Shown: piece after piece, positions 31,350-46,669 of the stretch | Numbering within the stretch: the stretch's first letter is position 1 | Layout: each line of letters starts with the position of its first letter | Assembly (NCBI RefSeq): GCF_009914755.1 | Contig: NC_060932.1 | From: the human T2T-CHM13v2.0 reference genome, Homo sapiens | Length of the DNA stretch: 64,000 nt | Reading direction: 5' to 3' (one strand) | Program-made: the position numbers and the translations under genes | Notes under the pieces: generated by a model | Databases searched by the model: none | The model's input: only the letters and a program-made list of their open reading frames with translations | What the model was told of the DNA's origin: nothing

Positions 31350-32820
31350 GCTCTGTAACCAACATCAGAGGACTTTTTCCTTTTCTTGTCCCACGGCAAC
31401 CTTATTTCTGCCCCTACCACTCCACTGATGATGTTCTCTCCCCAATCCAGGCCAGCAATGACTTCTTCTGCTACATCCAATAGATCCTGTAAATTCTTAT
31501 CTCGTACTGCCTTTCTCAATATTCGATGCTAATGCCCACACTCTCCATCTAAAGCCGCTTTCTCTCCTTGTGTTTTGAGTTACCAAATCCTTCTGACTTT
31601 CTGCCTCCCTCTTTGGCTGTTCCTTTATAATTTCCATCACGGGTGCCCTTCCTCTGCCTATAACATAATTGTGGGTGGTCCTCAAAGTTCCGATCACAGA
31701 TCGCTTTTCACTCTCAATGTTTCTACGGAAAATCTCATCCATCTCCACAGTTTAAATTTGCATCAATAAGTCCTAACCCCTTAGCTCCAAATTTGATTTT
31801 TATTTTGAGCTCCAAACCCATATTCCAACTGTCTTGGCCCTCTCCCTTTATGTGTCCCAGAGACAGCTCAAAGTCACCCCTACAACTAAGCTGATCATCT
31901 CTCCTGGTCTAGTTCTTCCTCTTCTGAGGAGCAGTGAGTGGCATTAGCATTAAATGAGCTGAGCTTCATCCTTCACACCTCCCTCTCCATCCCACATCCA
32001 GTATACAGTGACATTCACATAGATGTTTACTATTATTTATTATCTGATCAATTACCAAGCCCCATGGGTTCTGATCCCTCAGGGTCTCTGGAATCACCCA
32101 CTTCTCTTATCCCTAATTCTGCTACCACAAATGAAGCTGGTAACGTCTCAGCCTGGAATTACAACAACAGCTCTTTGTCCCTCTAGGCTGAGTCCCTCCA
32201 ATACATTCTCAACAGAGCAGACAAAGCAATATTTCTAAATATAATTCTAATAATGTCACCCTTCTGTTTAAGCCCTTCAATGGCTCCCTGGTTTCATTAA
32301 GACAAAGCCCAAAGGCATGTGAAGTTAAAGCACTTCATTATGTCTGGTTCTCAGTGATATCCCCAAGTTTCATCTCAACATGCCCTGACCCCAAACTCAA
32401 TGCTCCAGCCAAAATGGATTTTAGCCTTATGAATTCACCAAGCTCTGCCCTGCCCTAGGGCTCTGCATACCACCACTATTGGTCCCCACAGCCTATACTG
32501 GCCATCCCCAGTCTACTTTTGCTCCTCTCTGTCCTGTTCCCTTCTATCTCTCTAGACTTAGCTCAGAATATCTTCCTCCAGGGATCAATCCTTTCCACAC
32601 CCTACAAGAGTGGATCTGATGGCCTTCCTTCCTACATGCCCCATACAACAATTATGTAATCTCTGTAATCTAAAACCATACCTTATCACCATCACTGATC
32701 ATCTGTTTACTCATCTGTGCAGCCCAGGGCCAGCTGGGAAACTCTCATTTCTTCATCTTTGTTTCAACCATGTCTGACGGCAAATAATAAATTACTATTG
32801 ACTAAATTAAGTGAATATGT
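31350..32820 (+). mobile_element. Degenerate L2 segment
   Basis: Pyrimidine-rich sequence with L2-like motifs (GAGCTCCAAACCCATATTCCAACTG, CCCTTCAATGGCTCCC); boundaries approximate. Confidence 0.55.
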
Positions 32821-32880
32821 AGCAACAGCCTTTCTTCCAATGTATTGTCCTTTAATAGACATATACCTCAATCTGACAGA

Positions 32881-33405
32881 TAGCTGTCCCCACTTACCGA
32901 CTATTTTGCTTTTCATGGTTTCAGTTACCAGCAGTCAATTGAGGTCCAAAAATATTAAATGGAAAATTCCAGAAATAAACAGTCCATCCTGTCCAGGATG
33001 TGAATCATCACTTTGTCCTGCATACCTAGGCAGTGGACACTATCCCCCAAACAGCCCTCCCTCCACCCCATTAGTCTCTTAGGAGCTGTCACAGTGATCA
33101 GATCAAATATTGTGGTATTACTGCGCTTATGTTCATGTCACTTTTATTTTACTTAATAATGGCCCCTAAGCACAAGGGGAGTGATATAGCAATTCAGATA
33201 CACCAAAGAGAAGCCATAAAGAGCTTCCTCTAAGTAAAAAGATGAACATTCTCCACCGAATAAGAAAAAAATCACATGCTGCAGTTGCTAAGATCTATGA
33301 GAAGAATGAGGAAAGCTTAGTATAAAGAGGGGTTGGTACTATTCAGTTTCAGGTGTCCACTGGGGGTCTTGGAACATACAACTCGAGGATAAGGGTAGAC
33401 TACAG
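32881..33405. mobile_element. Tigger4/MER46-like Tc1-mariner relic
   Basis: GGTTTCAGTTACC...GTCCAAAAATATTAAATGGAAAATTCCAGAAATAAAC...CCACTGGGGGTCTTGGAAC. Confidence 0.75.
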
Positions 33406-33429
33406 TAAGAAATGATATTTATTTATTTT

Positions 33430-33550
33430 AATTTATAAAGGAAAGAGGTTTAATGCACTCACAGTTCCACATGGCTGGGGAGGCCTCACAATCACGGCAG
33501 AAGGCAAAGGAGAAGCAAAGGCATGTCTTACATGACAGCAGGTAAGAGAA
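33430..33550 (-). mobile_element. THE1/MST LTR internal fragment
   Basis: AATTTATAAAGGAAAGAGGTTTAATG..CTCACAGTTCCACATGGCTGGGGAGGCCTCACAATCA. Confidence 0.8.
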
Positions 33551-33655
33551 AGGAAACGTTACTGGCATTCTCATTTCAGGAGTCAAGTTGCCTGGTTGCA
33601 GGACAGTGTAATCACGCAATTCCTCCAGATTCCCAGATACCAAAGTTGGCCAATT

Positions 33656-34098
33656 TGTGGGCTGAAGTGTGTCTCCCCAAAATTCACATGTTGAAACTCT
33701 AATCCCTAGTACCTCAGAATGTTATTGTGTTTGGAGAATACCAAGAAGTACTTTTGTGGGCTTTTAAGTAAGTTATTAAGTTACAATGGGGCTGCTCTGG
33801 TGGGTCCTAATCCAATCTGACCGGTGTCCTAATAAAAGGAGGACATTTGGACACACAGGAGAGACACCAGAGACGTGCACTCACAAAGGAAGAGTCATTT
33901 TTGACCTGTCCTCACTGAGGACACAGTGAGAGGGGGTGGTCCTATGCAAGCCAAGGAGAGAGCCCTCCGAAAAAACCAGACCTGCTGGCACTTTCACCTT
34001 GAACTTCCAGCCTGCCAGTGGGTGAGAAAATAAACTTCTCTTGTCTCAGGCTTTCAGATTGTGATGCCCTGTTATGGCAGCCCAAGTCATATAATACA
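33656..34098 (+). mobile_element. MLT1 (B/C-like) MaLR LTR
   Basis: TGTGGGCTGAAGTGTGTCTCCCCAAAATTCACATGTTGAA...GAGAAAATAAAC...GTTATGGCAGCCC. Confidence 0.8.
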
Positions 34099-34372
34099 AC
34101 CAATGATGGCCACCATCAGTTACACAGCATCTACTTGCCCAGAATGTGTCTTCTGTAAGTGTATTTATTTTTAAATTACACACACATATACCCCATCCAG
34201 CGTCTTCCCATCTCGGTCAATCACAACACACTCTTGTGTGTTCGGCACAGGCTGAAATCTACTAAGTCATCCCCGACTCTTCTCTTTCTCTTGTTAATCC
34301 ATTAGTAAACCATGCTGCTCCTACCTTCAAAATATGTCCAGATTCCGACTAGGCACTTCTAACCCCCTCCAC

Positions 34373-35250
<878 letters not shown>

Positions 35251-37062
35251 TTGTTACCACCTTGGTCCAGCCACTCTCACCTGCTGCCTGGTAACTGTCA
35301 TGGCTGCCTAATGGTGGTCTCTGAGCTTCTGCCCTACCTCCCCAAGTCTATTCTCAACACAACCTCCAGAAAAACCCTTCTAAAACTGGGTCTTCCCATC
35401 TCACTGAGGGTAAAAGCCAAATCCTCACCCGGGTCTATGAGGCTCACATGACATGCCCCTCCCCTACTTCTCAGACCTCATCTCCTCCTTTTCTCTCCCT
35501 CACTGGCTCTGCCCCTGCACACTGCCCCTCGAAGCATTCCTGCCCAGAGCTTGCACACTAGCTGTTCCTTCCATCTGGAAACTCTCTTCCTTCAGGTATA
35601 GGCATGGGTGGCCACCTCTTTCTCTTCAAGTTTCTGCTCCAATATCACCTACTCAATGAGACCTACATTGACTGTCTTATTTCAGATTGTATTATCGTCC
35701 ACTGAAGCCCCCAGCCCCCTTAAACGCATTGATTGTTCCTCTAAAGGGAATCCCCTTTACTCAGCTATGGAATTTGCTTACTTAGGTTCATGTTTATCAT
35801 CTCCTCAACTAGAACACAAGCCCTGCAACGTAGATTTTGTCTCAGTTTTCACTCCTGGCTCCCCATTGCCTGGGACAGTACCTGGCGCACAGTAGCTGCC
35901 CAACAACACTTGAAGAAAAGGTAACCAAAAAGGCTGCCTACTCTTTCATGCTTGTGTCAATGGATAGCAGGATTTACTACCTGTCCTCTTAGGAAGCCAA
36001 GGCAAACAGAAATCCTTTAGCTGTTATTTTTGGGGAAGAAAGTTAACCTACATTCAGATGCCAACTCATGCTTTTATATAATGCTTCCCTTCTGAAGAAT
36101 TGCCTCAATTTTTTCTCAAGCTGACAACTCTAAAGAGCTTAAATTTTATCCCCAAAAGCTTTTGCTTTAACATTTACTCACATTCTGCTCCAGAGACTCA
36201 TATGTCATGTTAATATCCTAGAACACAGCATTGCTTTAAAAAGACAAACAATTTCACTCCCACCAACACCCAAATGAGAACATTTCACCTCCCAACAGCA
36301 GCGATGGTGTCTGGAAATAAAATGTCGTCTTTCTCTTACTGCTGTTCATGCTTAGTCAAACCAACCCCAGATTCAAAGAGCACAGGATGCCCAGTGTCCA
36401 TGACAGGGAGGTTCCAGGACACGGCCCACATGTCAACACGATGGTGGAGCCCACACCTACTGCAAAGGGCGAGACACATGAGCTCTGAGCCTGACAAACT
36501 AGAATCTAATCGCTATTAACATAATGGACAGAAAGTCAATAAGAAAAATGGATAAGATTCTGGAGAAGAAAAATGTCAGACTTTGAAAGACTCAACTGTT
36601 GATAAACTCCAACAGCCGAAAAGCCACCTCTCTTACAAACTCGCCTGCACCTTCAGCTAAGGTGCTTGGTACAAGTCAACTATTCATGGTAGTTTTCCAC
36701 AAAAAAGGGTGTTTCCATATGCAGACTGAGATATCCTTCCCATGCCATCCATCTTCTAATAGGATTTCTAATTAGAAAAGGGCTGTAGGTATCATGAAAT
36801 CATTGAGCTCTCTAGTCAAAGGCAGCTTGGGGGTTTAGAATGGAAACACAGCAGCCCAAAGAATGAACTGAGAATGAAAATTCTCACTTCAAGATATGCT
36901 AAAAAAACTGTGAAGTGATATTGATATTAACCCTAGATCCAAAATTCTTCATATAATACACCTCCCAAGAGACACCCTCTCACCTCACATACTGTAAGCA
37001 CACAGTGATACACTATGGGGGTTTGCAATATGACTGCTGATAATCATAGTATTAGTACAGGG

Positions 37063-37399
<337 letters not shown>

Positions 37400-40300
37400 A
37401 TCAGAATTCTAACTTTGTAAAGAGCCCTTCTTCACTGAACAATGTTTACTTTTATAATTTTGTTTATATTAAGCAGTGTTTTGGAAATGATTCCATAAAG
37501 GGAAATGAACCCATGACTACTTAACGGTATCTCAGAGAAAATCAACTGCTATTCAGAAGGGTATGAAGAGCCAGGGAAGGAGTGTAAACAATTTCTAGGG
37601 GTATAAAAATGCTCTCCGCAAATTTCCACCAACAAATAACAAAAGCAGTAATAATTACTAACATTTTATTGGGCCAGGCACTGCTATAATGACATGTGTA
37701 AAGACCCATATATAGTTTATAACAACCCGACAGGGTAGATTATTAATAATGTCAGTTTCACAGAGAAATAAACTCAGGAAAAGAGAAGCTAAGAACCCTG
37801 TATACCTGACACAATCAGTTAAACAGTGAAGAGAAGACAACAGCATCGGGATGGGATTGTCTCATCAATTTTCCCTGCTCATGAGTCACAGCAGAATACA
37901 GGGTTTTCATTTTATATAAACTCAGGATCCTTGAAAATGAATAATATGCAGTTATTATTATGCGCAAATAAGTCCAAGAAGAAACAACGGCCCCCATTTG
38001 AAGGGCAAAAGATGTATCTCCTACAGGTAGAAAATGGAGATGAGAGATGGGGAGACCAGGGCACCTAAGAAGGGTTAATTGCAAAGAGCATAGTGTGAGT
38101 CCCTAGTCAGACACAGGGTGTCCCTAGAAGAGAGAGAAGATGAAAAGTGAATCCAGTGAGAAAATCAGTATGATTATTACAACAGAAATACCAAACCTAC
38201 AAATAAATTGCCCTTCTATTTTACAGAGTAAAATCAAAATACAGATAGGGAAGAATGAAATAGTCATAGGAAATCATCACTATCCAATGTTTATCAACCA
38301 CCAATTATGGTGATTATTGTCATATTGTTAGACTTTAAATGCTTAGTCTCTCTCTCAAAGGAAAAAAATCAAACAAAAATTTACTCATCACTCGCCAGAG
38401 CCATCCTTTCCTCTGGTCTCAAAGGAAGCATTTTCCTTCTTCCTTCTGAGGCCAATCCCTCAACCTGTGGTCTTCTTCCTATCCCCTCTGTGATTTCATT
38501 TATTCATTCAACAAACATTTAATCAACGTTTATGTACCAGGCAACGTGCTTAATATTAGGGCTACAAAGTGGTATGAGAAAGGGTCCCTCATTTAAGTCT
38601 AGGGGGAGACCCTGATGAATTAATCGACAATCACAGGACACAAATGGTATGAAAATGGAGCATAAGGAATCTTTGCACCATCGAGGGTCCCATATTGTCT
38701 TTTCACTGGCTGTCTTCACGATGACATCTTTCCTTAGCCCTGTTAAACATAGCTGTGTGTCTCCAATTTTAAATTAAAACCAAAAATCTCTCCTTCAACT
38801 TTCTTGTTAGGAACCTTTTGTTAGGAAGCCAAGCTGAGCTGACATCTATCAGCTGGAATGGTATGTTTACACACATTTTCTAGCCCTGTGTGTTCTAACC
38901 AAAGTCTCCTTCTACACCTTGAATGGTACCAAGAAAAGCAAAATTCTGCTCCAAGCTCAGAAAATGACCAATTGCCTTCATAGACTAATTACCACATGGG
39001 CCAGCTGCCTTCCTGGACCATCTGTTCTTTTGATGGCCCCCAAATATTTCTAACTCTGGGATTCGAGTATAACAGCCAGCAACATTCAGAAGCCAATCCT
39101 GATCAATAGCCCTGCTCTTCCCCCGACTTCCCAGCTCCTCTTTAAATAGCGCATGGAACATCACTAATTTAGGCATTCTAAAAATACAGCACATAATACA
39201 GACCAAGCTACAGATGGAAGGCTGCACACGAGAAGCTGCTTCTGCGACTCACACTGGTTTTCACAGACTGACTGCAAAACAGTATTTTGGGAAAGAGAGG
39301 AAAAGAGAGAGACAGGTTTAAAAAAACAAAAGGCACTTTTGACAGTAGGGTCTTTCATCAAGGGAAGGAAGAAGAGGTGTTTTGTTCTTTTTCCTCTTGT
39401 CCTTGAAAACTCCTATTCATCTCCTGGGAGTACTGGGAAGGGGAAAAAAGAAAGCATCATAAGATGCCACCAGGAAAGGGACTCTGACGGAGAACACCAG
39501 AACCTCTGGTTCCACCAAACTCTTGCTTAGAGGCCAGGAGCATGCGAAACCACCTTTTCTGCAGAGCCAACTGATAAATCCACACCAGCTTAGTGCTATA
39601 TGCTGATTGGTTCTCTCCAGCTTGGACACCTGTAGTCTCCATCACAATGCAGGAGAAGTGGAGCCCAGGACACAATGAGGCTTTGCTGTAACTTCTTCCA
39701 CAGGGCCCATCATCTCCTTCCCCAAAAAACCCTCACCTTTACAGGCTGCCTGCTCCAGCCTTGGTATTTAGGGTAAAGACTGATTGAGACCTAGAAGTTA
39801 CCTGTAATTTTATTTTTCTCTTTCTGGATTCTCCAGGTGATTCCCAGGCAGCAGGAAGGAAGTCCCCTGAAACTACCACCTCGAAACCTGGGACTGTTTC
39901 AATTACCCTATTCTGTCACGTTTAGAATCAAATGCTAATTTATTTTCTAGTCATGTCAACATGATTCAAGCACTGCCATATCTTATTGCAAAGTATAACA
40001 GCAACAGAATTTCCAAAGAAAGTATCTGGAAAACACAGCATCACTCATAATTCTACCACTCAGGAAAAAAAAAAAAACCAATGCTTTGCTACAGTGTTTT
40101 CATCCCCTCGATCTTTTTTCTTTACATAGCTAGATAAAAACTTTATAATTATTTTCACAATTAAAATGATAGCCTTTGTCCTATGTTAATATTTACTGAA
40201 TAAATGATTTTTGTTTACCGTACAATATTCTACTATAACGATACCGCAAAATTTTACCAGTCTCCTATTGTTAGACAACTAATTGCTTCTCATTTTTCAT

Positions 40301-41205
40301 TATTATAAATACTTCTATGATATAAATATTCATGGACATTTCTGAGAATCAGCTTTCAGAAAGGAAAATACTGGAAAAAGCTATGAATATTTTGAACGTT
40401 CTTGATACAAATTACTTTACAGAATGATAGAAACAGTTTATGCTCTTAATACTAAATATAAATTTTCATTTCACCTGCTCCTAACAATATGTGTCATCAT
40501 TTATAAAATTGTGAAAATTCGTATTTTACATTTGTTTTAAACTTTATTAGGTAAGAAAAAGTAAACAGTTTTTTATTTGTATATCAGATATCTGTATCTC
40601 TTTTGTGATCCGTTCATCTTTTGCTCATGTATCTTTCATGATGTTTGCTTGGGTTTAAGTTTCAGCAAGAATTTATGTCATGCTCATATGCATCTTGAAC
40701 CAAACAAAGCAAGGTCTTTTCACATTTCACTCTTAGCATTTCATGTGTGTTTCGATGTTGTGCAGTAATTTGCAAACGACACAACTGATTTCTAATAAAT
40801 TCGGTACATAATTCAAGGGTACTAAGACATACATTTACATTCCACACACTTTACATGAGTCCACAGAATTAGCAATTTTTCAAGCATTGCAGTGCAAATT
40901 AGTATGTGGGTAGAGGTTACAGAGATTAATGATTTCTTTAGACATGGATGGAAGGCCAAAGTACACTCTGTGCTATTAATAAGCTCTATTTATTGACCAT
41001 AAACATATTCATAACTTAAGTAGGTTCAGCCATGAACTTGAAAATGAAAAATGTGTTTACAATGCCACTCATGGGAACATTGGTAACTAGTGAGAATCCT
41101 TTGGAAAATGTCTATAAATTTACAGGATTTAAGTAACAAAATGCTAACTATATGCGAGAAGGCTCTTCTTTTCAGAGAAGCACGTATCTAAGGTCAACAG
41201 CACAC

Positions 41206-41340
41206 AGCCCTCACAATGAGATCAACCAGCATACTGCTAGGCTATGCCTGGGACATAGTAGACATTTGGTTGAAGCCCTCACGATGAAATCAACCAGCAT
41301 ACTGCTGGGCTATGCCTGGGATGTAGTAGACATTTGGTGA
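41206..41340. repeat. Tandem duplication, about 68-bp unit, diverged
   Basis: AGCCCTCAC..ATCAACCAGCATACTGCT..GCTATGCCTGGGA..TAGTAGACATTTGGT at 41206 and 41274; about 5 substitutions and 1 indel. Confidence 0.9.
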
Positions 41341-42294
41341 ATGTTTGTTGAGTAATTATCCCAGGATGGTAAATTTCATCTACCTCTTCAGTTTCCTGCA
41401 CGCTACTCCTGATCTCCTGATTCAGAAGGCATTTTTCTGCATTTTTACTAATGTCTAGTATGAACTTCAAACATCAATTCACGTCCTCTTAAACTCTGTG
41501 CCATCTACCCTGCTGGAGCTAGCCTGCCAACCTGGGCCAAGCCTCACCTGTGTCATGTCCGATGCCCCAGTCTGACTTAGATTTTGCCCTAAAGGCTTTC
41601 AGGATAAGGGCATGTTCCATTCAACACCAGCTGGAAGCCCAGCCATGCTCTGGTCTTGCTGGTCCACGCCACTGGCCCGTAGCCACCAGCCTAGCAATGG
41701 CATAATGCTGCCAGTTATTAGGCTTGAATGTTTAGCCTCAAACTACTGATATCGTATTTAAAACATTATTCCCAAACTGGAAATTCATCTTTATAGTAAT
41801 CTGTTGACTATGATCAGGAATAATATGAACAGATTTTTCATAGTTTTGTCTGTTAAACTAATCTTATGGTAAAAATAAGATTTAAGTCTTCTTTCTTTTA
41901 GTTTGTGCCCTGCCTCGCCTGTCCAGTGTATGGCATATTTGTGTCTTCCATGACAAGGTTACGATCAAGCACTGACATAAGTGAGAAAGAGAATCGACAT
42001 CAATAAATTCGATAGCTGCCTAAAATTCTTTTTTTGAAAAAAAAAAAAAACATCTGTAAATATGTTTGCAACAGATTCTTTATTAAACACTTTTGTGAAA
42101 TGTCTATGGAAGAGCCCAAAATACTAAATTAAAGCTAAAGAATTACTCTCTCCTGAACACATTCAGCCTCCCCCAACCTTCTATTTCACAGCAACAGCTT
42201 CCACTCAGGAGCTCTTCGGTCACCTCAACTATTTTTAAAGCCTTTTCATTAGTCTCCCAGTTTCCACTCTTTTTTGGGGGAGGGGGACAGAGAT

Positions 42295-42847
42295 TGTGTT
42301 ATTTATTTATTGAGTTAAAATTCACGTCACACAATTCACCCCTTTAAAGCAGACAAGCTAATTTTTGTATGTGTTACCAGGTTTGTGCAACCATCACCAC
42401 AATCTATTTTTAGAGACTATTGCGTCTTCTCCAAAAGAAACTAAGTATTCACAGTCACTCCCCATCTCCACCAACTCCTCCAACCCCCAGAACCCTAGGC
42501 AAACACTCGTCTATTCTCTGTCTCTGCTGATTTGCCTATGCTGGACATTTCACAGACATGGAATTATAGGACATGTAGTCTTTGACATCTGGTTTTTAAC
42601 TTGATGTAATTTTCTCAAGGACCATTTATGCTGCAGCATGTTATCAGTAATTCATTTCTTTCTATGGCCAAATAATCTTCTATTGCATGCAATTCCACAT
42701 TCTGTTTATTGATCCATCCACTGATGGACATTTGGGTTGTTTCCACTTTTTGGCTATTATGAACAAAGCTACCATGAATATTCACATAGGAGTTTTTAAG
42801 TTAATGTGTGTTTTCATTTCTCATCAGTATATATACGTATGTGTGTT

Positions 42848-42884
<37 letters not shown>

Positions 42885-42965
42885 CTAGGAGTGGAACTGC
42901 AGGTCACATGGCTACTCTGTGTTTAACATTTTGAGAAACTGCCAAACTATTTTCCAAACCTGCCT
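42295..42965 (-). mobile_element. L1M 3'-end fragment containing (CA)n at about 42850-42883
   Basis: GATGGACATTTGGGTTGTTTCCACTTTTTGGCTATTATGAA; GAAACTGCCAAACTATTTTCCAAA. Confidence 0.85.
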
Positions 42966-45499
42966 CCAATGTAATCCTCTATCCTGCTATCCGAGTGACC
43001 CAGCTAGAAAACAAATCTAGCCACGACATTTAAAATGGTCAACAAACCATTGAATAACCTACACTTAGGTAGCACACAAAATGCATAGTAATCTTGGCCC
43101 TGCTTAATTCTTCAGGTTTATCACCTTGCCATGCCCTCTTCTTCTATCTAAACCTATTATGTTCCTCCTTGATGCGCCAGCACTAACTGGTTACCTATGG
43201 ATCTCCAGATCAACCAGCTTGTGCATACCTCCATGTTTTGCCCATGTTAGTTACTCCTGCTCCCAAAACACTCCCCTCCTCCACAACACACACACATCTT
43301 TGGCCTACACCAATTCTACACATCTTGCAAAACATGCTCAAGAGTAGCCTTCCCTGTGATGCCCTTCCTGATCATTCCACTCCATGACCAATTCTCTCTG
43401 TTCTGTACACTTGTTTAATACATGACCCTGTGCTGTCCTTACCTGTGTACATGGGTGCCCCTTCATTTGGGCTCTGGGGCTTGTGAGAGGCAGGGACTAT
43501 ATTGTCTAACTCTGTCCATCTCCAGCACTGAGAATGCCTAAGTCACATCCAATGAACAAAGAACACTGAATATCCAAGTCTTTAACAATCTCGAAGCACA
43601 AATCTCATTCTGTCCCATTACACATCTATTCCTACACTTAACAAAGTTTTGAGTTGCACTTAACCTGAGTACCTCCTCCTGCAATTTAATTTCCTCTGGT
43701 TCTGTTCTTTACAATCAGCACCCTGCCTATGGAAACCTTCAGATGAAGTCACCTCTGACAGCTGCATTTTCCATAGCATTGAGAAACCAGATGGAACACT
43801 CCAACGTTAGAAAGTCCATTTCTTCCCTCCACCCTATGTTCACAGTAAAAACAGAAAATGGGCGGGGGGCGGGGGGCAGGAGGGTTGGGTAGGATTTAGG
43901 CAGCTATTTGCATGATGGAGCCCCTCTTCTTGTGTTTAACCCTCTCCCACCTCAGCTCCTATATGAGATGTAATGGGAATAAAGTCATCTAGGCAAAGGC
44001 TCAGCAGATACTCACTCCGAAGAACAACAAGCCCAAATGTCTCCACGGATGTTGACTTCTGATAAGCAATCTCAATGGAAACAGGTGGAGAGGGAGGAAG
44101 AATGCGTCCTAGACCCTATCTCTTGCTTGCAATCAAAATAACCTCATCAGGGCCATCCACATGTTCCCCTTCTTTAGGTAAATCAGATTGATTCTGACTT
44201 ACGGTGTAGAGAAACATTGGAAGCTTCTGACAGTGAAATTTACAATGCCAGGAAATACAGGGAGGCAGTCCTCTATTTACAAATGGGTCCTGTTCCAATA
44301 TTCATTTGTAAGTTACTCAGAAAGCACAGAAACAATATTGTCTGTTGTGGTGAAGTCCTCAGACCAGCCCATAAAAACCTCTTTAACCCATCGTATGCCT
44401 GCAGTATGGCATTTATAGGGCTGTATGCATTGATCCAGGGATGTAACTGTGAAATCCATCCACAGTTCTAACTTTGAAAGTCAGAATGACACCTCGCAGG
44501 GATCAGTGAGAGAGGGACTATCCCTCCCCACAAGACAGGGAGGAGGCTGGAGAGGAGGGAGCTCTAAGTCACTACTGATGGGTCCTTAGGGCACAAGCTC
44601 CAGATGGCAAGGATAGGTGCAGAGAAACAAAGGAAGCAGAAGCTACTGACTGGCAAAGGAAGTCTGCCAGAAAAAGAAGCACAAGATTCGGAAGAGAATG
44701 TGTAGCCTCCTCAGGGTTTAAAGTCTTGGCTTTATTTCTGAACCAAGGGTTTGTGTGAGGTGATGATAAAGAGAGAAGCGGGGGACACTTCAGCCAGTGC
44801 TGTGTCTCCAGGCCTGCAGGAGGAAGGGAAATATAGGGAAAAGGTAGACAGTTCTGGAAGGAACAAGATATTACCTTTGCCTCTCCAACCAATACCCATT
44901 TTAACTCCCTTCCTCCAGCTAACATAGGACTTGTGTCAAAACTGGAATGGGATAAAAGGGGTTCTAGGCTGACTAAGGTGAAAGGAAGAAAGTTCGGAAA
45001 ATAATGACCCCGTATTCCGGCAATGAGGAAGAGGGGGCTGATTCAACACCACCAATTTGGAGTAGTATGCTTGTTAACTACAAATTTCCACAATAAGAAC
45101 AGCCTTACTTTTTAAGATAATATGGCATTTGGGAGAAGAAATCCAAGGGCCCAACACTACTCATAACATTAAAACTCAAAGAATATGTATCTGGTAAAAG
45201 ATAGGGTTTTTAAAAAGAACGCCGTTTCTTTAAATCACCACCATAGAACACAGATCAGATCACGGGATCCGAGGCTTTCATATTCAAAAGTAAATCTTCT
45301 AATAAGGGACTTCCAGATTTGGGGTGTTACCACAACATTCCCACTCATGAGTAAAAACAACACACCTCAGTTCTTTTAAGCTATGGGACTCTGCTTGATG
45401 GTTGGAACTAGGTTGTGAGGTTGTGGGAAGACGTTATTCATTTGTAGAGCAGTGTAAGTAGACAAACTAATCAATAGGTTTTAAAGTATGATTTTATAA

Positions 45500-46650
45500 A
45501 GGAGTTTCAGACTTCTGTTTCTGCTCCAAGATATAATGAGCTGAAAGAAGCATCCCTTACCACGAAAAAGAACCACATAACCTTAGAATCCAAGACTTTT
45601 TTGGAACTTAGTAGAGAGGTGAAGTCACGGAGCAAACAGCTGGCTCAGAATCTGAGGAGTCACAGGTGTTGGCAGGGAGAAAAGAGATATGAGCCCTTGC
45701 TTGGTGGGGCAGATACACTCAGCTAATGGTAAAAAGAAATCAACGACATAAGCAAGGCTCAGTGCAGATGAGTAGGGCAGTGAAGCCCTTTGTGGTTCCA
45801 AGAAGTGGAGCTTCCTTTCGCAAGCTCTTTCTCCAGGAACCCCAATGGGTGCTAATAAAAATGATCAGAAAGAACCTTAGGACACCGACCATGCTGTGCA
45901 GCCGGCGGGAGGGGACAGGAGCTCCCTGGGAGGGGCAAAACACTCTTCCCGGACCCTCCCCCTCCCGCCTCCCCTCTATGGAGCAAAAACCTTATTGGTG
46001 GGGAAAGATCAACAAATATTCTCACCTTAGGGAACTGGTGAAAACTAAGTGCAGCTGAGGAAGGCGGAGTGGGGACAGGAAAATACCCTAAGACCCAGTG
46101 ACGTGGTACCTGCCTAGGACTGAGATTTTATCAGAAAAATCAGAGACAACCCCACTTCCCTCCTGCCCTGCACAGACAGTTAAGCTGGTAAGCTGTGAAT
46201 AACAAGAAACAGCAGAATATTGCTGGGAGTGAGAGAGGAGAGAAGTACAGAGACCTTCTCTGAAATACAGAGCAGTGAGTAGACCTCAATTGCAGGGCTG
46301 AACAGACAATACTCAGGGAAAACAACCTCTACCCCAAACACAAGGTATCTCAAAAGGGATTTGAAGTCTGTGGTAACTACAGCAACAACAAACCTCAAAC
46401 CCAGCCCCCTCCTGACTACTCATCTCCTACCTCCCCCGACCACATCAAGACACAAAGCAATCATGAGAACCAGACTCAGGTATGATACAGATGCTGGAGC
46501 TATCTGACGGAGAATTTAAAACAACCATGAATAATATGTTAAAGGCTCTAATGGAAAAGTGGACAACAATTATATGGGTCACTTCTGCATAGAGATGGAA
46601 GTAAGAATCACATGGAAATGCTAGAAATAAAAAATACAGTAAGAGCAACC
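45500..46650 (+). mobile_element. Old L1M 5'/ORF1-region fragment
   Basis: CCAGACTCAGGTATGATACAGATGCTGGAGCTATCTGACGGAGAATTTAAAACAACCATGAATAATATGTTAAAGGCTCTAATGGAAAA is typical L1M ORF1 sequence; left boundary approximate. Confidence 0.65.
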
Positions 46651-46669
46651 TAAAAATCCTGGATCATTC

